The notes under the pieces: generated by a model | The model's input: only the letters and a program-made list of their open reading frames with translations | What the model was told of the DNA's origin: nothing | The model's database searches: none | Part shown: piece after piece, positions 1-6,269 of the stretch | How positions within the stretch are numbered: position 1 is the stretch's first letter | How the letters are laid out: each line of letters begins with the position of its first letter | Program-made: the position numbers and the translations under genes | Assembly (NCBI GenBank): GCA_048772705.1 | Contig: JBLWGC010000065.1 | Coordinates: 1 to 7,615 of the forward strand | DNA: 7,615 nucleotides | Source: Leidyana gryllorum EB-2025a | Taxonomy: Eukaryota > Protista > Apicomplexa | Reading direction: 5' to 3'

Positions 1-5
1 CAGGT

Positions 6-87
6 GGCAACTTGCCCGAGTGGTTAAGGGGGTAGGCTCGAAATCTACTGGGCCTGGCCCGCACTGGTTCAAATCCAGCAGTTGTCG
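6..87 (+). tRNA. trnS: tRNA-Ser(CGA), slightly variant copy
   Basis: Acceptor GGCAACT/AGTTGTC-G, anticodon arm GTAGG-CT-CGA-AA-TCTAC, long variable arm GGGCCTGGCCC, T-loop TTCAAAT; one T-stem mismatch (ACTGG/CCAGC). Confidence 0.9.
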
Positions 88-163
88 TGCGATGTGATCG
101 GGCATCAACTCCCTTCGGTCGTGAATCTGTTTTCATATACCGCGGGTGCAGCCGTTAGAGGCT

Positions 164-236
164 TGGACGACCTGGGCATCGATCCCAGTATCTCTCGCAT
201 GTTAAGCGAGTGCTATGTCATTTGAGCTAGTGGCCC
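164..236 (-). pseudogene. tRNA-Ala-derived gene with AAC (Val) anticodon; degenerate D-arm and an acceptor mismatch
   Basis: Reverse complement GGGCCACTAGCTCAAATGACATAGCACTCGCTTAACATGCGAG...GTCGTCCA aligns to Ala(AGC) 2724-2796; G3:U70 kept; D-loop GG changed to GA. Confidence 0.8.
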
Positions 237-321
237 GCTTTGCAACCATAGCATTTAGTGGTTCTTGACATATTGTGACCAGTGTCCCGACTCTACCAGC
301 AATTTGCACCACCGACCAGTC

Positions 322-393
322 GGCTGTTTGGTCTGGTGGTATGATTCTTCCTTTGGGTGGAAGAAGTCCTGGGTTCGATTCCCAGAACAGCCC
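322..393 (+). tRNA. trnP: tRNA-Pro(TGG)
   Basis: Acceptor GGCTGTT/AACAGCC-C, anticodon arm CTTCC-TT-TGG-GT-GGAAG, T-arm CTGGG-TTCGATT-CCCAG; A14 is G. Confidence 0.9.
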
Positions 394-554
394 GGCTGTC
401 AGTTGTTGACTCAATACGCCACGTCTCTTCAAGGTTGTCTAAGATATGCTGCTCCGACAGCTGAGACAAGATTTGAGTTGGATTCATTCCAGTTGGCCCA
501 TCAACGATGTCTGCAAAACCCATCAGGTAGTAGTCTGCCAACCACCACTCTACT

Positions 555-634
555 TCCGGTGGGACGGAATCGAACCGCCGACTATCTGATGCCAGCACTA
601 CAGTCAGATGTTCTACCAACTGAGCTACCCCCGG
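555..634 (-). tRNA. trnY: tRNA-Tyr(GTA) with a 7-nt intron (591-597)
   Basis: C1:G72 and A73; anticodon arm TCTGA-CT-GTA-G-[TGCTGGC]-A-TCAGA; T-arm GGCGG-TTCGATT-CCGTC; mismatches at 5:68 and 11:24. Confidence 0.88.
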
Positions 635-681
635 TCGTCCAACTGCTGCGAGATTCGAAGGCTCAACCTCAGACCCTCAAC

Positions 682-714
682 AGTGGTCCAAGGTGCCAGA
701 CTCGAGTTCTGGTA
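682..714 (+). pseudogene. tRNA-Leu(CAA)-like fragment (D-loop to anticodon arm)
   Basis: AGTGGTCCAAGGTGCCAGACTCGAGTTCTGGTA matches AGTGGTCTAAGGGGCCAGACTCAAGTTCTGGTA in the gene at 6850; no acceptor or T-arm. Confidence 0.65.
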
Positions 715-718
715 AGAC

Positions 719-789
719 CGGATGGGCTGGGAATCAATCCCAGTACCTATCGTATACTAGGCCACCGTTTTATCATCTGCTAGCCTCCC
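719..789 (-). pseudogene. heavily degenerate tRNA-Ala
   Basis: GGATGGGCTGGGAATCAATCCCAGTACC...TATCATCTGCTAGCCTCCC aligns to the reverse complement of the Ala genes; anticodon arm destroyed. Confidence 0.65.
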
Positions 790-823
790 GCTGTGCCCAC
801 CTCATACTAAATTTATCTCGGAC

Positions 824-986
824 CCGGACTTCAACCCCAAAAGTCTTCCTCCTCGAGACTTCACGGACAGAGAACGGGGGGAGCCAAGAACATTCCGGCG
901 AGATGGCCGAGTGGTCTGAAGCGGTGTGTTCAGGTCGCAAGTCCGAAAGGGCGTGGGTTCGGATCCTGCTCTTGTCAGCCGTTGTA
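824..986. repeat. Leu module; inverted copy at 5683-5852
   Basis: Shared flanks TTCAACCCCAAAAGTC...CTCGAGACTTCACG...GAGCCAAGAACA and GCCGTTGTA. Confidence 0.85.
897..977 (+). tRNA. trnL: tRNA-Leu(CAG), probably impaired
   Basis: Paralogue of Leu(AAG) 5692-5771; anticodon loop TT-CAG-GT, variable arm GTCCGAAAGGGC; T-loop TTCGGAT (A58G) and several stem changes. Confidence 0.75.
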
Positions 987-1037
987 TCGGCACTCGGTCA
1001 GCCACTAGATGCAATGGGTCTTCCATGTAGTGCGGAT

Positions 1038-1109
1038 GGGCGGCTAGCTCAGATGATAGAGCGCTCGCTTTGCATGCGAGAGTACTGGGATCGATACCCA
1101 GGTCGTCCA
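1038..1109 (+). tRNA. trnA: tRNA-Ala(TGC), variant
   Basis: G3:U70 acceptor GGGCGGC/GTCGTCC-A, anticodon arm CTCGC-TT-TGC-AT-GCGAG; D-loop GG changed to GA; one G missing in the variable loop. Confidence 0.85.
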
Positions 1110-1254
1110 AACTTCGTACGGGTGCACGCACCGTATGTAAATACTCGAAGTTACGAACTTTGAAGGGCCCAGGACCACATATCACGCAGCGTGCTTGTCA
1201 TGGGCGAGAGCCGTATACGTAGCCACTGTCTGCGGCATACCGAGTTCGACAGTT

Positions 1255-1336
1255 GGCAACTTGCCCGAGTGGTGAAGGGGGTAGACTCGAAATCTACTGG
1301 GCCAAGCCCGCGCTGGTTCAAATCCAGCAGTTGTCG
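1255..1336 (+). tRNA. trnS: tRNA-Ser(CGA)
   Basis: Full cloverleaf with GTAGA-CT-CGA-AA-TCTAC and GCTGG-TTCAAAT-CCAGC. Confidence 0.93.
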
Positions 1337-1408
1337 TGCGATGTGATTGGAGGGTCAAACACCAATTCAGGTGGAAAGTTGGCCCAATCAACCATGTGCC
1401 ATCTCCTC

Positions 1409-1479
1409 TGCATCTTCCGGGAAGCGAACCTGGGTCGTCTCGGTGGCAACGACACATTCTACCACAAGACCACAGATGC
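1409..1479 (-). tRNA. trnG: tRNA-Gly(GCC), degenerate (likely pseudogene)
   Basis: Reverse complement GCATCTGTGGTCTTGTGGTAGAATGTGTCGTTGCCACCGAGACGACCCAGGTTCGCTTCCCGGAAGATGCA; A58C plus mismatches in three stems. Confidence 0.75.
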
Positions 1480-1575
1480 ACAACTCGTTGTTGTTTAAGC
1501 TCGTGCACAGTACCGGCCGTTTTGCTTCAGAAGAGAAGACAGAATCGAGTTGAGCGAGTATGACGGGTAGTTTGT

Positions 1576-1647
1576 GGGTACGTAGCTCAGTGGTAGAGCA
1601 GCTGACTGCAGATCTGCAAGTCCGTGGTTGAACTCCGGGCGTGCCCT
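1576..1647 (+). tRNA. trnC: tRNA-Cys(GCA), T-arm damaged
   Basis: Acceptor GGGTACG/CGTGCCC with U73, perfect A-box TAGCTCAGTGG, anticodon loop CT-GCA-GA; T-loop TTGAACT (C56G). Confidence 0.8.
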
Positions 1648-1714
1648 GAAGATGGTTTGGAACGATCGGAGATGTTGGACCACAAGGCAATGAGTCTGGA
1701 GGGGGGATGATTTT

Positions 1715-1765
1715 GGGCCTATGGCGGAACGTAGCGCGTCTGACTCCTGCTTAGAAAATTGGGTG
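1715..1765 (+). pseudogene. truncated tRNA-Trp-like relic
   Basis: TGGCGGAACGTAGCGCGTCTGACTCCTGCTTAGAA resembles eukaryotic Trp TGGCGCAACGGTAGCGCGTCTGACTCCAGATCAGAA; the 3' part is absent. Confidence 0.6.
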
Positions 1766-1855
1766 CTGTCCGCCAGTGTCTAAATGGCTCTGATGTTTGA
1801 TTCCAGCTCTGGGGGATCCAGCATCCGGGTCGGTGCCATCTGTCGTTGCAGAAGT

Positions 1856-1929
1856 GGTCGCGTAGCTCAGTCGGTTAGAGCGTGAGCCTAATAAGCTCAA
1901 GGTCCCCGGTTCGAGCCCGGGCGTGACCA
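1856..1929 (+). tRNA. trnI: tRNA-Ile(AAT)
   Basis: Intact cloverleaf with TGAGC-CT-AAT-AA-GCTCA and CCCGG-TTCGAGC-CCGGG. Confidence 0.95.
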
Positions 1930-2029
1930 ATTGAGGGGATCTCTGCTAAAGAGTCGCCCCGGACCCGAGAAAGCCACAACATTCTGCGACTAATACGAAA
2001 GGAACTTGTTACCAAGTCCGAGCTTCCCT

Positions 2030-2073
2030 GCCGCGCAAGCTCCGTCGCTAGAGCGCAAGACTTTCAATGGTGG
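2030..2073 (+). pseudogene. 5' part of a tRNA-Lys-derived pseudogene
   Basis: GCCGCGCAAGCTCCGTCGCTAGAGCGCAAGACTTTCAAT aligns to Lys 7531 and to pseudogene 4065-4137; T-arm missing. Confidence 0.7.
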
Positions 2074-2141
2074 AGAGTCCTAGTCAAACTTGCTGAACCG
2101 TATGTGGAGCCACTGGCCGCAAAATGCCGAGTTGAACAGGT

Positions 2142-2223
2142 GGCAACTTGCCCGAGTGGTTAAGGCGGTAGACTAGAAATCTACTGGGCCAGGCCCGCGC
2201 TGGTTCAAATCCAGCAGTTGTCG
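2142..2223 (+). tRNA. trnS: tRNA-Ser(AGA)
   Basis: Same body as the Ser(CGA) copies; GTAGA-CT-AGA-AA-TCTAC; one D-stem mismatch. Confidence 0.92.
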
Positions 2224-2287
2224 TGCGATGTGGTGGAAATGATGCAATTCCCAGCATCAAAAACTCATATGGGTCGAGACAGGGAAT

Positions 2288-2359
2288 GCCTCCTTAGCTT
2301 AGGGGCAGAGCATTCGCTTTGTAAGCGAAAGGTCGCTGGTTCGATTCCGGCAGAAGGCT
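2288..2359 (+). tRNA. trnT: tRNA-Thr(TGT)
   Basis: TTCGC-TT-TGT-AA-GCGAA, T-loop TTCGATT; C5:A68 mismatch. Confidence 0.9.
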
Positions 2360-2407
2360 TTGGTCACGAGCCGATCTATTCTAGACTGTTTCCCTTTTGC
2401 GCACACT

Positions 2408-2479
2408 TAGCAGTGAGTCGTTTCGATCGACTGACCTTTGGGTTATGAGCCCAACACTCTTCCGCTGAGCTGCACTGCT
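2408..2479 (-). tRNA. trnM: initiator tRNA-Met(CAT)
   Basis: A1:U72, three G:C pairs in TTGGG-CT-CAT-AA-CCCAA, T-loop ATCGAAA (A54, A60); position 8 is C. Confidence 0.9.
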
Positions 2480-2563
2480 TAGTCTGCAACATGGAAGAGG
2501 TAGCCGAAATGCAATTCTTGAGATGTTAACTGCTTATCCCATCGGGTCAACCGACAACCCAGA

Positions 2564-2635
2564 GGGCTGTTCTGGGAATCGAACCCAGGACTCCTTCCAC
2601 CCTAAGGAAGAATCATGCCACTAGACCAACCAGCC
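2564..2635 (-). tRNA. trnP: tRNA-Pro(AGG)
   Basis: CTTCC-TT-AGG-GT-GGAAG, intact T-arm; G6:A67 mismatch. Confidence 0.9.
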
Positions 2636-2723
2636 GCCTGTCGGTCGTGAAACCCGCTGAATACAGTCGAGAGAGTGGTCATACGATGTGGAGAACAAAA
2701 AAATGCGATGGAGTCTGCACAAT

Positions 2724-2796
2724 GGGCGACTAGCTCAAATGGTAGAGCGCTCGCTTAGCATGCGAGAGGTACTGGGATCGATGCCCAGGTCGTCCA
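2724..2796 (+). tRNA. trnA: tRNA-Ala(AGC)
   Basis: Intact; G3:U70, CTCGC-TT-AGC-AT-GCGAG, eukaryotic Ala T-loop ATCGATG; T4 at 2807-2810 and T5 at 2823-2827 downstream. Confidence 0.95.
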
Positions 2797-2887
2797 AACT
2801 TCGTAGTTTTCGACTGCCGGTATTTTTACGACCTTGGAAGGGTCCAAGAGCACAAGTGCCGTCTAGAGAGTACGGTGCCGCAGAACC

Positions 2888-2960
2888 CGGTCCTGGTAGG
2901 TTTCGTACCTGCGACTTTGTGGTTAACAGCCACACGCTCTGCCGACTGAGCTACCAGACC
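2888..2960 (-). tRNA. trnN: tRNA-Asn(GTT), T-loop variant
   Basis: TGTGG-CT-GTT-AA-CCACA and G73; T-loop TACGAAA (T55A); mismatches in T and acceptor stems. Confidence 0.82.
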
Positions 2961-3059
2961 CAGTGACAATCTTTCAGAGGTTAGTAGAGAGATCCTTCAT
3001 CTTCTACCGAAGAATTTTGCAGCCCTCTCAGGTCGTTATCGAGACCTGAGAGACCAGCC

Positions 3060-3065
3060 AAAAAA
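3060..3065 (-). terminator. oligo-T Pol III terminator for tRNA-Thr(AGT)
   Basis: AAAAAA on the + strand, 17 nt past the 3' end of the minus-strand gene. Confidence 0.6.
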
Positions 3066-3082
3066 GCTTGAGCTCGTGAGCA

Positions 3083-3154
3083 AGCCTTCTGCCGGAATCG
3101 AACCGGCGACCTTTCGCTTACTAAGCGAATGCTCTGCCCCTAAGCTAAGAAGGC
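3083..3154 (-). tRNA. trnT: tRNA-Thr(AGT)
   Basis: Intact cloverleaf, TTCGC-TT-AGT-AA-GCGAA; T6 run downstream on the gene strand (A6 at 3060-3065). Confidence 0.95.
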
Positions 3155-3222
3155 AATACAAGCCGAAGATCACGAATCAGTTACTATTGACGGGGATTAC
3201 TGGAGCACTTTGCTCGAGTAAC

Positions 3223-3295
3223 TTCCACTGCCGGGACTTGAACCCGGATCGTGCGGGTGAAAGCCGCATATCCTAGCCACTTAGACTACAGTGGA
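3223..3295 (-). tRNA. trnE: tRNA-Glu(TTC)
   Basis: Acceptor TCCACTG/CAGTGGA-A, TGCGG-CT-TTC-AC-CCGCA, CCGGG-TTCAAGT-CCCGG. Confidence 0.95.
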
Positions 3296-3326
3296 CAAGC
3301 TCCCGAGATGACCAAAGCTTGTCTAT

Positions 3327-3405
3327 GGTGCGGTGGCCTAATGGATATGGCCATCGCATCATAGCCTCGCACGCGGAAGACGTTCCGTTTCGACCGAGGC
3401 AACCT
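3327..3405 (+). pseudogene. highly degenerate tRNA relic (Arg-like D-arm)
   Basis: TGGCCTAATGGATATGGC resembles the eukaryotic Arg D-arm TGGCCTAATGGATAAGGC; downstream GCGGAAGAC...TTTCGACC resembles anticodon-stem and T-arm remnants. Confidence 0.4.
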
Positions 3406-3465
3406 TGCTAGCTGTATGGGGGCCACTGCTGCGCATGTCGAGTTGAAGTGCTCGTGATATAATTG

Positions 3466-3524
3466 GGACAAGTTGCCCTCAGAACCAATACAGCCACCTC
3501 GTTAGCCCACTTCGGTAGGGCAGT
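3466..3524 (+). repeat. about 60-bp dispersed element; direct copy at 7092-7151
   Basis: GGACA.GTTGCCCTCAGAACCAA.ACAGCCACCTCGTTAGCCC...TCGGTAGGGCAGTC occurs twice with about 4 differences. Confidence 0.85.
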
Positions 3525-3543
3525 CTGCACCCTACTAAAAAAC

Positions 3544-3590
3544 GGACTGTTCGGGAATCGAATTTGAGCACTTCCTCCAAGTGGAGGAAG
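3544..3590 (-). pseudogene. 3' part of a tRNA-Pro relic
   Basis: GGACTGTTCGGGAATCGAATTTGAGCACTTCCTCCA aligns to GGGCTGTTCTGGGAATCGAACCCAGGACTCCTTCCA of Pro 2564. Confidence 0.55.
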
Positions 3591-3612
3591 TCGGGTCAAC
3601 CGACGACCAAGA

Positions 3613-3684
3613 GGGCTGTTCTGGGAATCGGTCCCAGGACTTCTTCCACCCAAAGGAAGAATCATACCACTAGACCAAACAGCC
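3613..3684 (-). tRNA. trnP: tRNA-Pro(TGG), B-box mutated
   Basis: Near-identical to 322-393 but T-loop is ACCGATT (T54A, T55C). Confidence 0.85.
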
Positions 3685-3772
3685 GACTGGTCGGTGGTGC
3701 AAATTGCTGGTAGAGTCGGGACACTGGTCATAATATGTCAAGAACCACTAAATGCTATGGTGTCTGCAAAGC

Positions 3773-3845
3773 GGGCGACTAGCTCAAATGACATAGCACT
3801 CGCTTAACATGCGAGAGATACTGGGATCGATGCCCAGGTCGTCCA
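3773..3845 (+). pseudogene. tRNA-Ala-derived gene with AAC (Val) anticodon; intact acceptor, anticodon and T stems, altered D-arm
   Basis: GGGCGAC/GTCGTCC-A (G3:U70), CTCGC-TT-AAC-AT-GCGAG; D region AAATGACATAGC versus AAATGGTAGAGC in Ala(AGC). Confidence 0.8.
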
Positions 3846-3921
3846 AGCCTCTAACGGCTGCACCCGCGGTATATGAAAACAGAGTCACGACCGAAGGGAG
3901 TTGATGCCCGATCACATCGCA

Positions 3922-4003
3922 CGACAACTGCTGGATTAGAACCAGCGCGGGCCAGGCCCAGTAGATTTCGAGTCTACCCCCTTAACCACTCGGGCAAGTT
4001 GCC
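3922..4003 (-). tRNA. trnS: tRNA-Ser(CGA), T-loop variant
   Basis: Full cloverleaf; T-loop TTCTAAT. Confidence 0.9.
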
Positions 4004-4064
4004 AACGGTAGAACTCGGCATGCCGCAGGCAGTTGCTTCACATACGGTTCAGCAGCTTGACTCG

Positions 4065-4137
4065 GACCGCTCGCGCTGTCCGAACCCGCGGTCTCTCCAT
4101 TGAAAGTCTTGCGCTCTACCGACGGAGCTGGGGCGGC
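4065..4137 (-). pseudogene. tRNA-Lys-derived pseudogene
   Basis: Reverse complement GCCGCCCCAGCTCCGTCGGTAGAGCGCAAGACTTTCAATGGAGAGACCGCGGGTTCGGACAGCGCGAGCGGTC aligns to Lys 7531; the anticodon stem cannot pair. Confidence 0.75.
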
Positions 4138-4204
4138 AAGGAAGCTTGGACTTGGTAAAAAGTTCCTTTCGTATTGGCAACTCTTTATCAAAGATCCACT
4201 CACT

Positions 4205-4278
4205 TGGTCACGCCCGGCCTCAAACCGGGGACCTTGAGCTTATTAGGCTCACGCTCTAACCGACTGAGCCACGCGACC
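4205..4278 (-). tRNA. trnI: tRNA-Ile(AAT), B-box mutated
   Basis: As 1856-1929 but T-loop TTTGAGG (C56T, C60G) and A9G. Confidence 0.85.
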
Positions 4279-4399
4279 ACTTCTGCGACGACAGATCGCA
4301 CCTATTCACTTACTTGATGCCTCTGCGTCGCCACTGCAATCTCTAGCATGTACTGCTGGTGTTTTGAGCCCAGCCGCCTACTCCGATGATCGCAGCACA

Positions 4400-4481
4400 C
4401 GACAACTGCTGGATTTGAACCAGCGCGGGCCAGGCCCACTAGATTTCTAGTCTACCCCCTTAACCACTCGGGCAAGTTGCC
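4400..4481 (-). tRNA. trnS: tRNA-Ser(AGA)
   Basis: Full cloverleaf, anticodon loop CT-AGA-AA; G27:G43 mismatch. Confidence 0.9.
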
Positions 4482-4578
4482 ACCTGTCCGACTTCGTAAC
4501 AGATTCCATCCGTATTCCTCGTAGAATGTTGGGGCATCCTCGGGTAGAGGGCAACTCTGTATCACAGATCCATTCCCT

Positions 4579-4652
4579 TGGTCACGCCCGGGCTCGAACC
4601 GGGGACCTTGAGCTTATTAGGCTCACGCTCTAACCGACTGAGCTACGCGACC
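4579..4652 (-). tRNA. trnI: tRNA-Ile(AAT)
   Basis: Exact reverse complement of 1856-1929. Confidence 0.95.
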
Positions 4653-4861
4653 ACTTCTGCGACGACACTCGGCACCGGTTCGAGAACCTTTTGCCTCTGC
4701 TTGCCGCCGCGGTATTGGATCGATATCCAGAATGTCACCTCGGACCACCCCGGAATCTGAGTCTCACTTCTGAGCTTAAGAGCTTGAAGTGCCACTATTG
4801 AAGATCTGAGGTTGAGCCTCAGTTCAATCATTGAAGCAGTTGCGCTCTCCCCGAGTGCCAC

Positions 4862-4943
4862 GGACAATGGTGAGATTTGAACTCACGTGGGTGAAACCCA
4901 ACGCTTCAGCAAGCCGCCGCCTCAAACACTGTGCCACCTTGCC
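4862..4943 (-). pseudogene. tRNA-Ser(GCT) pseudogene
   Basis: Intact T-arm GTGAG-TTCAAAT-CTCAC and variable arm TGGGTTTCACCCA; loop TT-GCT-GA; D and anticodon stems degraded. Confidence 0.7.
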
Positions 4944-5141
4944 GAGAGTGCAACGGATCACACGTTCCCTCGGGACTCCCATGCGAATTGTCAGTGGTGT
5001 GGGAACAACCCCTACTCCATGTCAGTATTAGGCTCTGAAATAACTGTTCGGCCGGGCGGACGAGGCCAATCAGGTGCTTTGCTGAGCACATCAGTCGACT
5101 ACTTGGTCCAGTGATTGTTTACCTCAACTCTGCGTATTTTC

Positions 5142-5200
5142 GGTCAGTTAAATGGTGAGCCCAATAAGTCCAAGTTTGCGGTTGAGCCCCGCCCCGACCA
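5142..5200 (+). pseudogene. degenerate tRNA-Ile relic
   Basis: GTGAGCCCAATAAGTCCAAG...GGTTGAGCCC...GACCA resembles Ile GTGAGCCTAATAAGCTCAAG...GGTTCGAGCCC...GACCA. Confidence 0.5.
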
Positions 5201-5274
5201 GGCGGGTGTGTTGTGGATACAGCATCACGTGCACCCTTTTGACAGGAGGAGATGCATCGAGAGAAGTTTCAGTA

Positions 5275-5347
5275 GGGAGTGTAGCGCAGTCGGTAGCGCG
5301 TAGGTCTCATAATCCTGAAGTCGAGAGTTCAATCCTCTCCACTCCCA
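5275..5347 (+). tRNA. trnM: elongator tRNA-Met(CAT)
   Basis: Acceptor GGGAGTG/CACTCCC-A, TAGGT-CT-CAT-AA-TCCTG with the U31:U39 typical of eukaryotic elongator Met, GAGAG-TTCAATC-CTCTC. Confidence 0.95.
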
Positions 5348-5391
5348 CGGTTGGAATCGGATCCGCCGACAAACTCATCATGCTATCATTT

Positions 5392-5462
5392 TCCATCCGT
5401 CGGGAGTCGCACACGGGTTATCTCGATGGCAGCGAGCGACTCTTGCACTAGACCACAGATGC
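5392..5462 (-). pseudogene. tRNA-Gly(GCC) pseudogene
   Basis: 5' end GCATCTGTGGTCTAGTG, CTCG-CT-GCC-AT-CGAG; T-arm and D-loop degraded. Confidence 0.7.
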
Positions 5463-5519
5463 AGAACACGATCTTGTACGTGGTGACAGCCATTCCTTAT
5501 AAGCCTATCGATGCATCAA

Positions 5520-5581
5520 AGCCATCGAACCGGCGACTTCTCGCTTACGAAGCGAACGCTCTGCCCCTAAGCTAAGAAGGC
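5520..5581 (-). pseudogene. tRNA-Thr(CGT) with a 10-nt 3' deletion
   Basis: Loop TT-CGT-AA; compared with 3083-3154 the segment TTCTGCCGGA is missing (3' T-stem strand and part of the acceptor). Confidence 0.85.
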
Positions 5582-5691
5582 AACTTAGCTGGAGAATCAT
5601 GTGTCAGTTGTATCGACGAAAGTTAGCCGGATGCTACGTGCGCGGCGGGCAGTGCTGGGATCCAGTCGCAGGTTGTCCTGACTACAACGGC

Positions 5692-5771
5692 TGACAAGAG
5701 TGGGATTCGAACCCACGCCCTTTCGGACTGCGGCCTTAACACAGCGCCTTAGACCACTCGGCCATCTTGCC
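5692..5771 (-). tRNA. trnL: tRNA-Leu(AAG)
   Basis: Intact: GGCAAGA/TCTTGTC-A, CTGTG-TT-AAG-GC-CGCAG, GTGGG-TTCGAAT-CCCAC. Confidence 0.95.
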
Positions 5772-5866
5772 GAAGTGTTCTTGGCTCGCCACTTTACACG
5801 TTTTCTGTTCGTGAAGTCTCGAGAAGGGAGGACTTTTGGGGTTGAAGGCCGGTGTGTTTGTGAGCC

Positions 5867-5938
5867 ACCGAGATACTATGGTGGTTAGTATTTCCGCCTG
5901 TCACGCGGAAGACCCGGGTTCGATTCCCGGTCTCGGAG
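5867..5938 (+). tRNA. trnD: tRNA-Asp(GTC), 5' end variant
   Basis: Anticodon loop CT-GTC-AC closed by TCCGC/GCGGA-type pairing, CCGGG-TTCGATT-CCCGG, G73; A1:A72 mismatch and D-arm changes. Confidence 0.85.
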
Positions 5939-5990
5939 ATAGATCGTCTTCCGCTCTAGATTCCGTGATGCTTGCCTGAACGATGCGTGT

Positions 5991-6063
5991 TACAGCCACC
6001 GAGGATTGAACTCGGGACCTTCTGCGTGTTAAGCAGACGTCGTAACCACTAGACCATGGCTGC
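5991..6063 (-). tRNA. trnV: tRNA-Val(AAC)
   Basis: GCAGCCA/TGGCTGT-A, TCTGC-TT-AAC-AC-GCAGA, CCGAG-TTCAATC-CTCGG. Confidence 0.94.
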
Positions 6064-6203
6064 ACGGACCTTCCGGGCTGTGAAAGGGGCGTGTGTCTTT
6101 GTCCACACCTATCCGATGAGCCCGTTCGTCGTCGCTTGACCCGACGCTCCACCTGATCTCAATTCGGTACGGCTCTCGTCCAAAGCCTCAACTCGGGCAC
6201 TTG

Positions 6204-6269
6204 TCCACTAAGTGGTTAGGATATGCGGCTCTCACCCGCACCATCCGGGTTCAAGTCCCGGCAGTGGAA
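6204..6269 (+). pseudogene. tRNA-Glu(CTC) with a 7-nt 5' deletion
   Basis: TGCGG-CT-CTC-AC-CCGCA and intact T-arm; GTAGTCT is missing relative to Glu 3223-3295, removing part of the A-box and D-stem. Confidence 0.85.

Larger units (their letters stand above)
6..393. repeat. Ser-Ala*-Pro module; inverted copy at 3613-4003
   Basis: Alignment by eye gives about 9 substitutions and one 3-bp indel over about 390 bp, spacers included. Confidence 0.92.
1832..2232. repeat. Ile-Lys(psi)-Ser module; inverted copy at 3913-4302
   Basis: Same gene order and shared spacers, e.g. AATACGAAAGGAACTT..TACCAAGTCC.AGCTTCC and TGCTGAACCGTATGTG. Confidence 0.85.
2288..2635. repeat. Thr-iMet-Pro module; inverted copy at 6998-7399
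   Basis: Shared spacers CATTTCGGCTACCTCTTCCATGTTGCAGACT and AGTGTGCGCA.AAGGGAA. Confidence 0.85.
3025..3311. repeat. Thr-Glu module; inverted copy at about 6188-6465
   Basis: Shared spacer GAAGATCACGAATCAGT.ACTATTGACGGGGATTACTGGAGCA and CTCTCAG hairpin flank. Confidence 0.85.

Noticed and set aside
4711-5016. Short tRNA-like scraps (Ala-like T-arm near 4711-4730, Phe-like or hairpin segment 4797-4828, Leu-like 3' end 4989-5016)
   Set aside because: Too short and divergent to call; 4792-4818 also resembles the reverse complement of 660-686 and may be shared spacer DNA
5275-5347. U31:U39 mismatch in Met, and A54 T-loops in Ala and iMet, as possible defects
   Set aside because: These are normal features of the corresponding eukaryotic tRNAs
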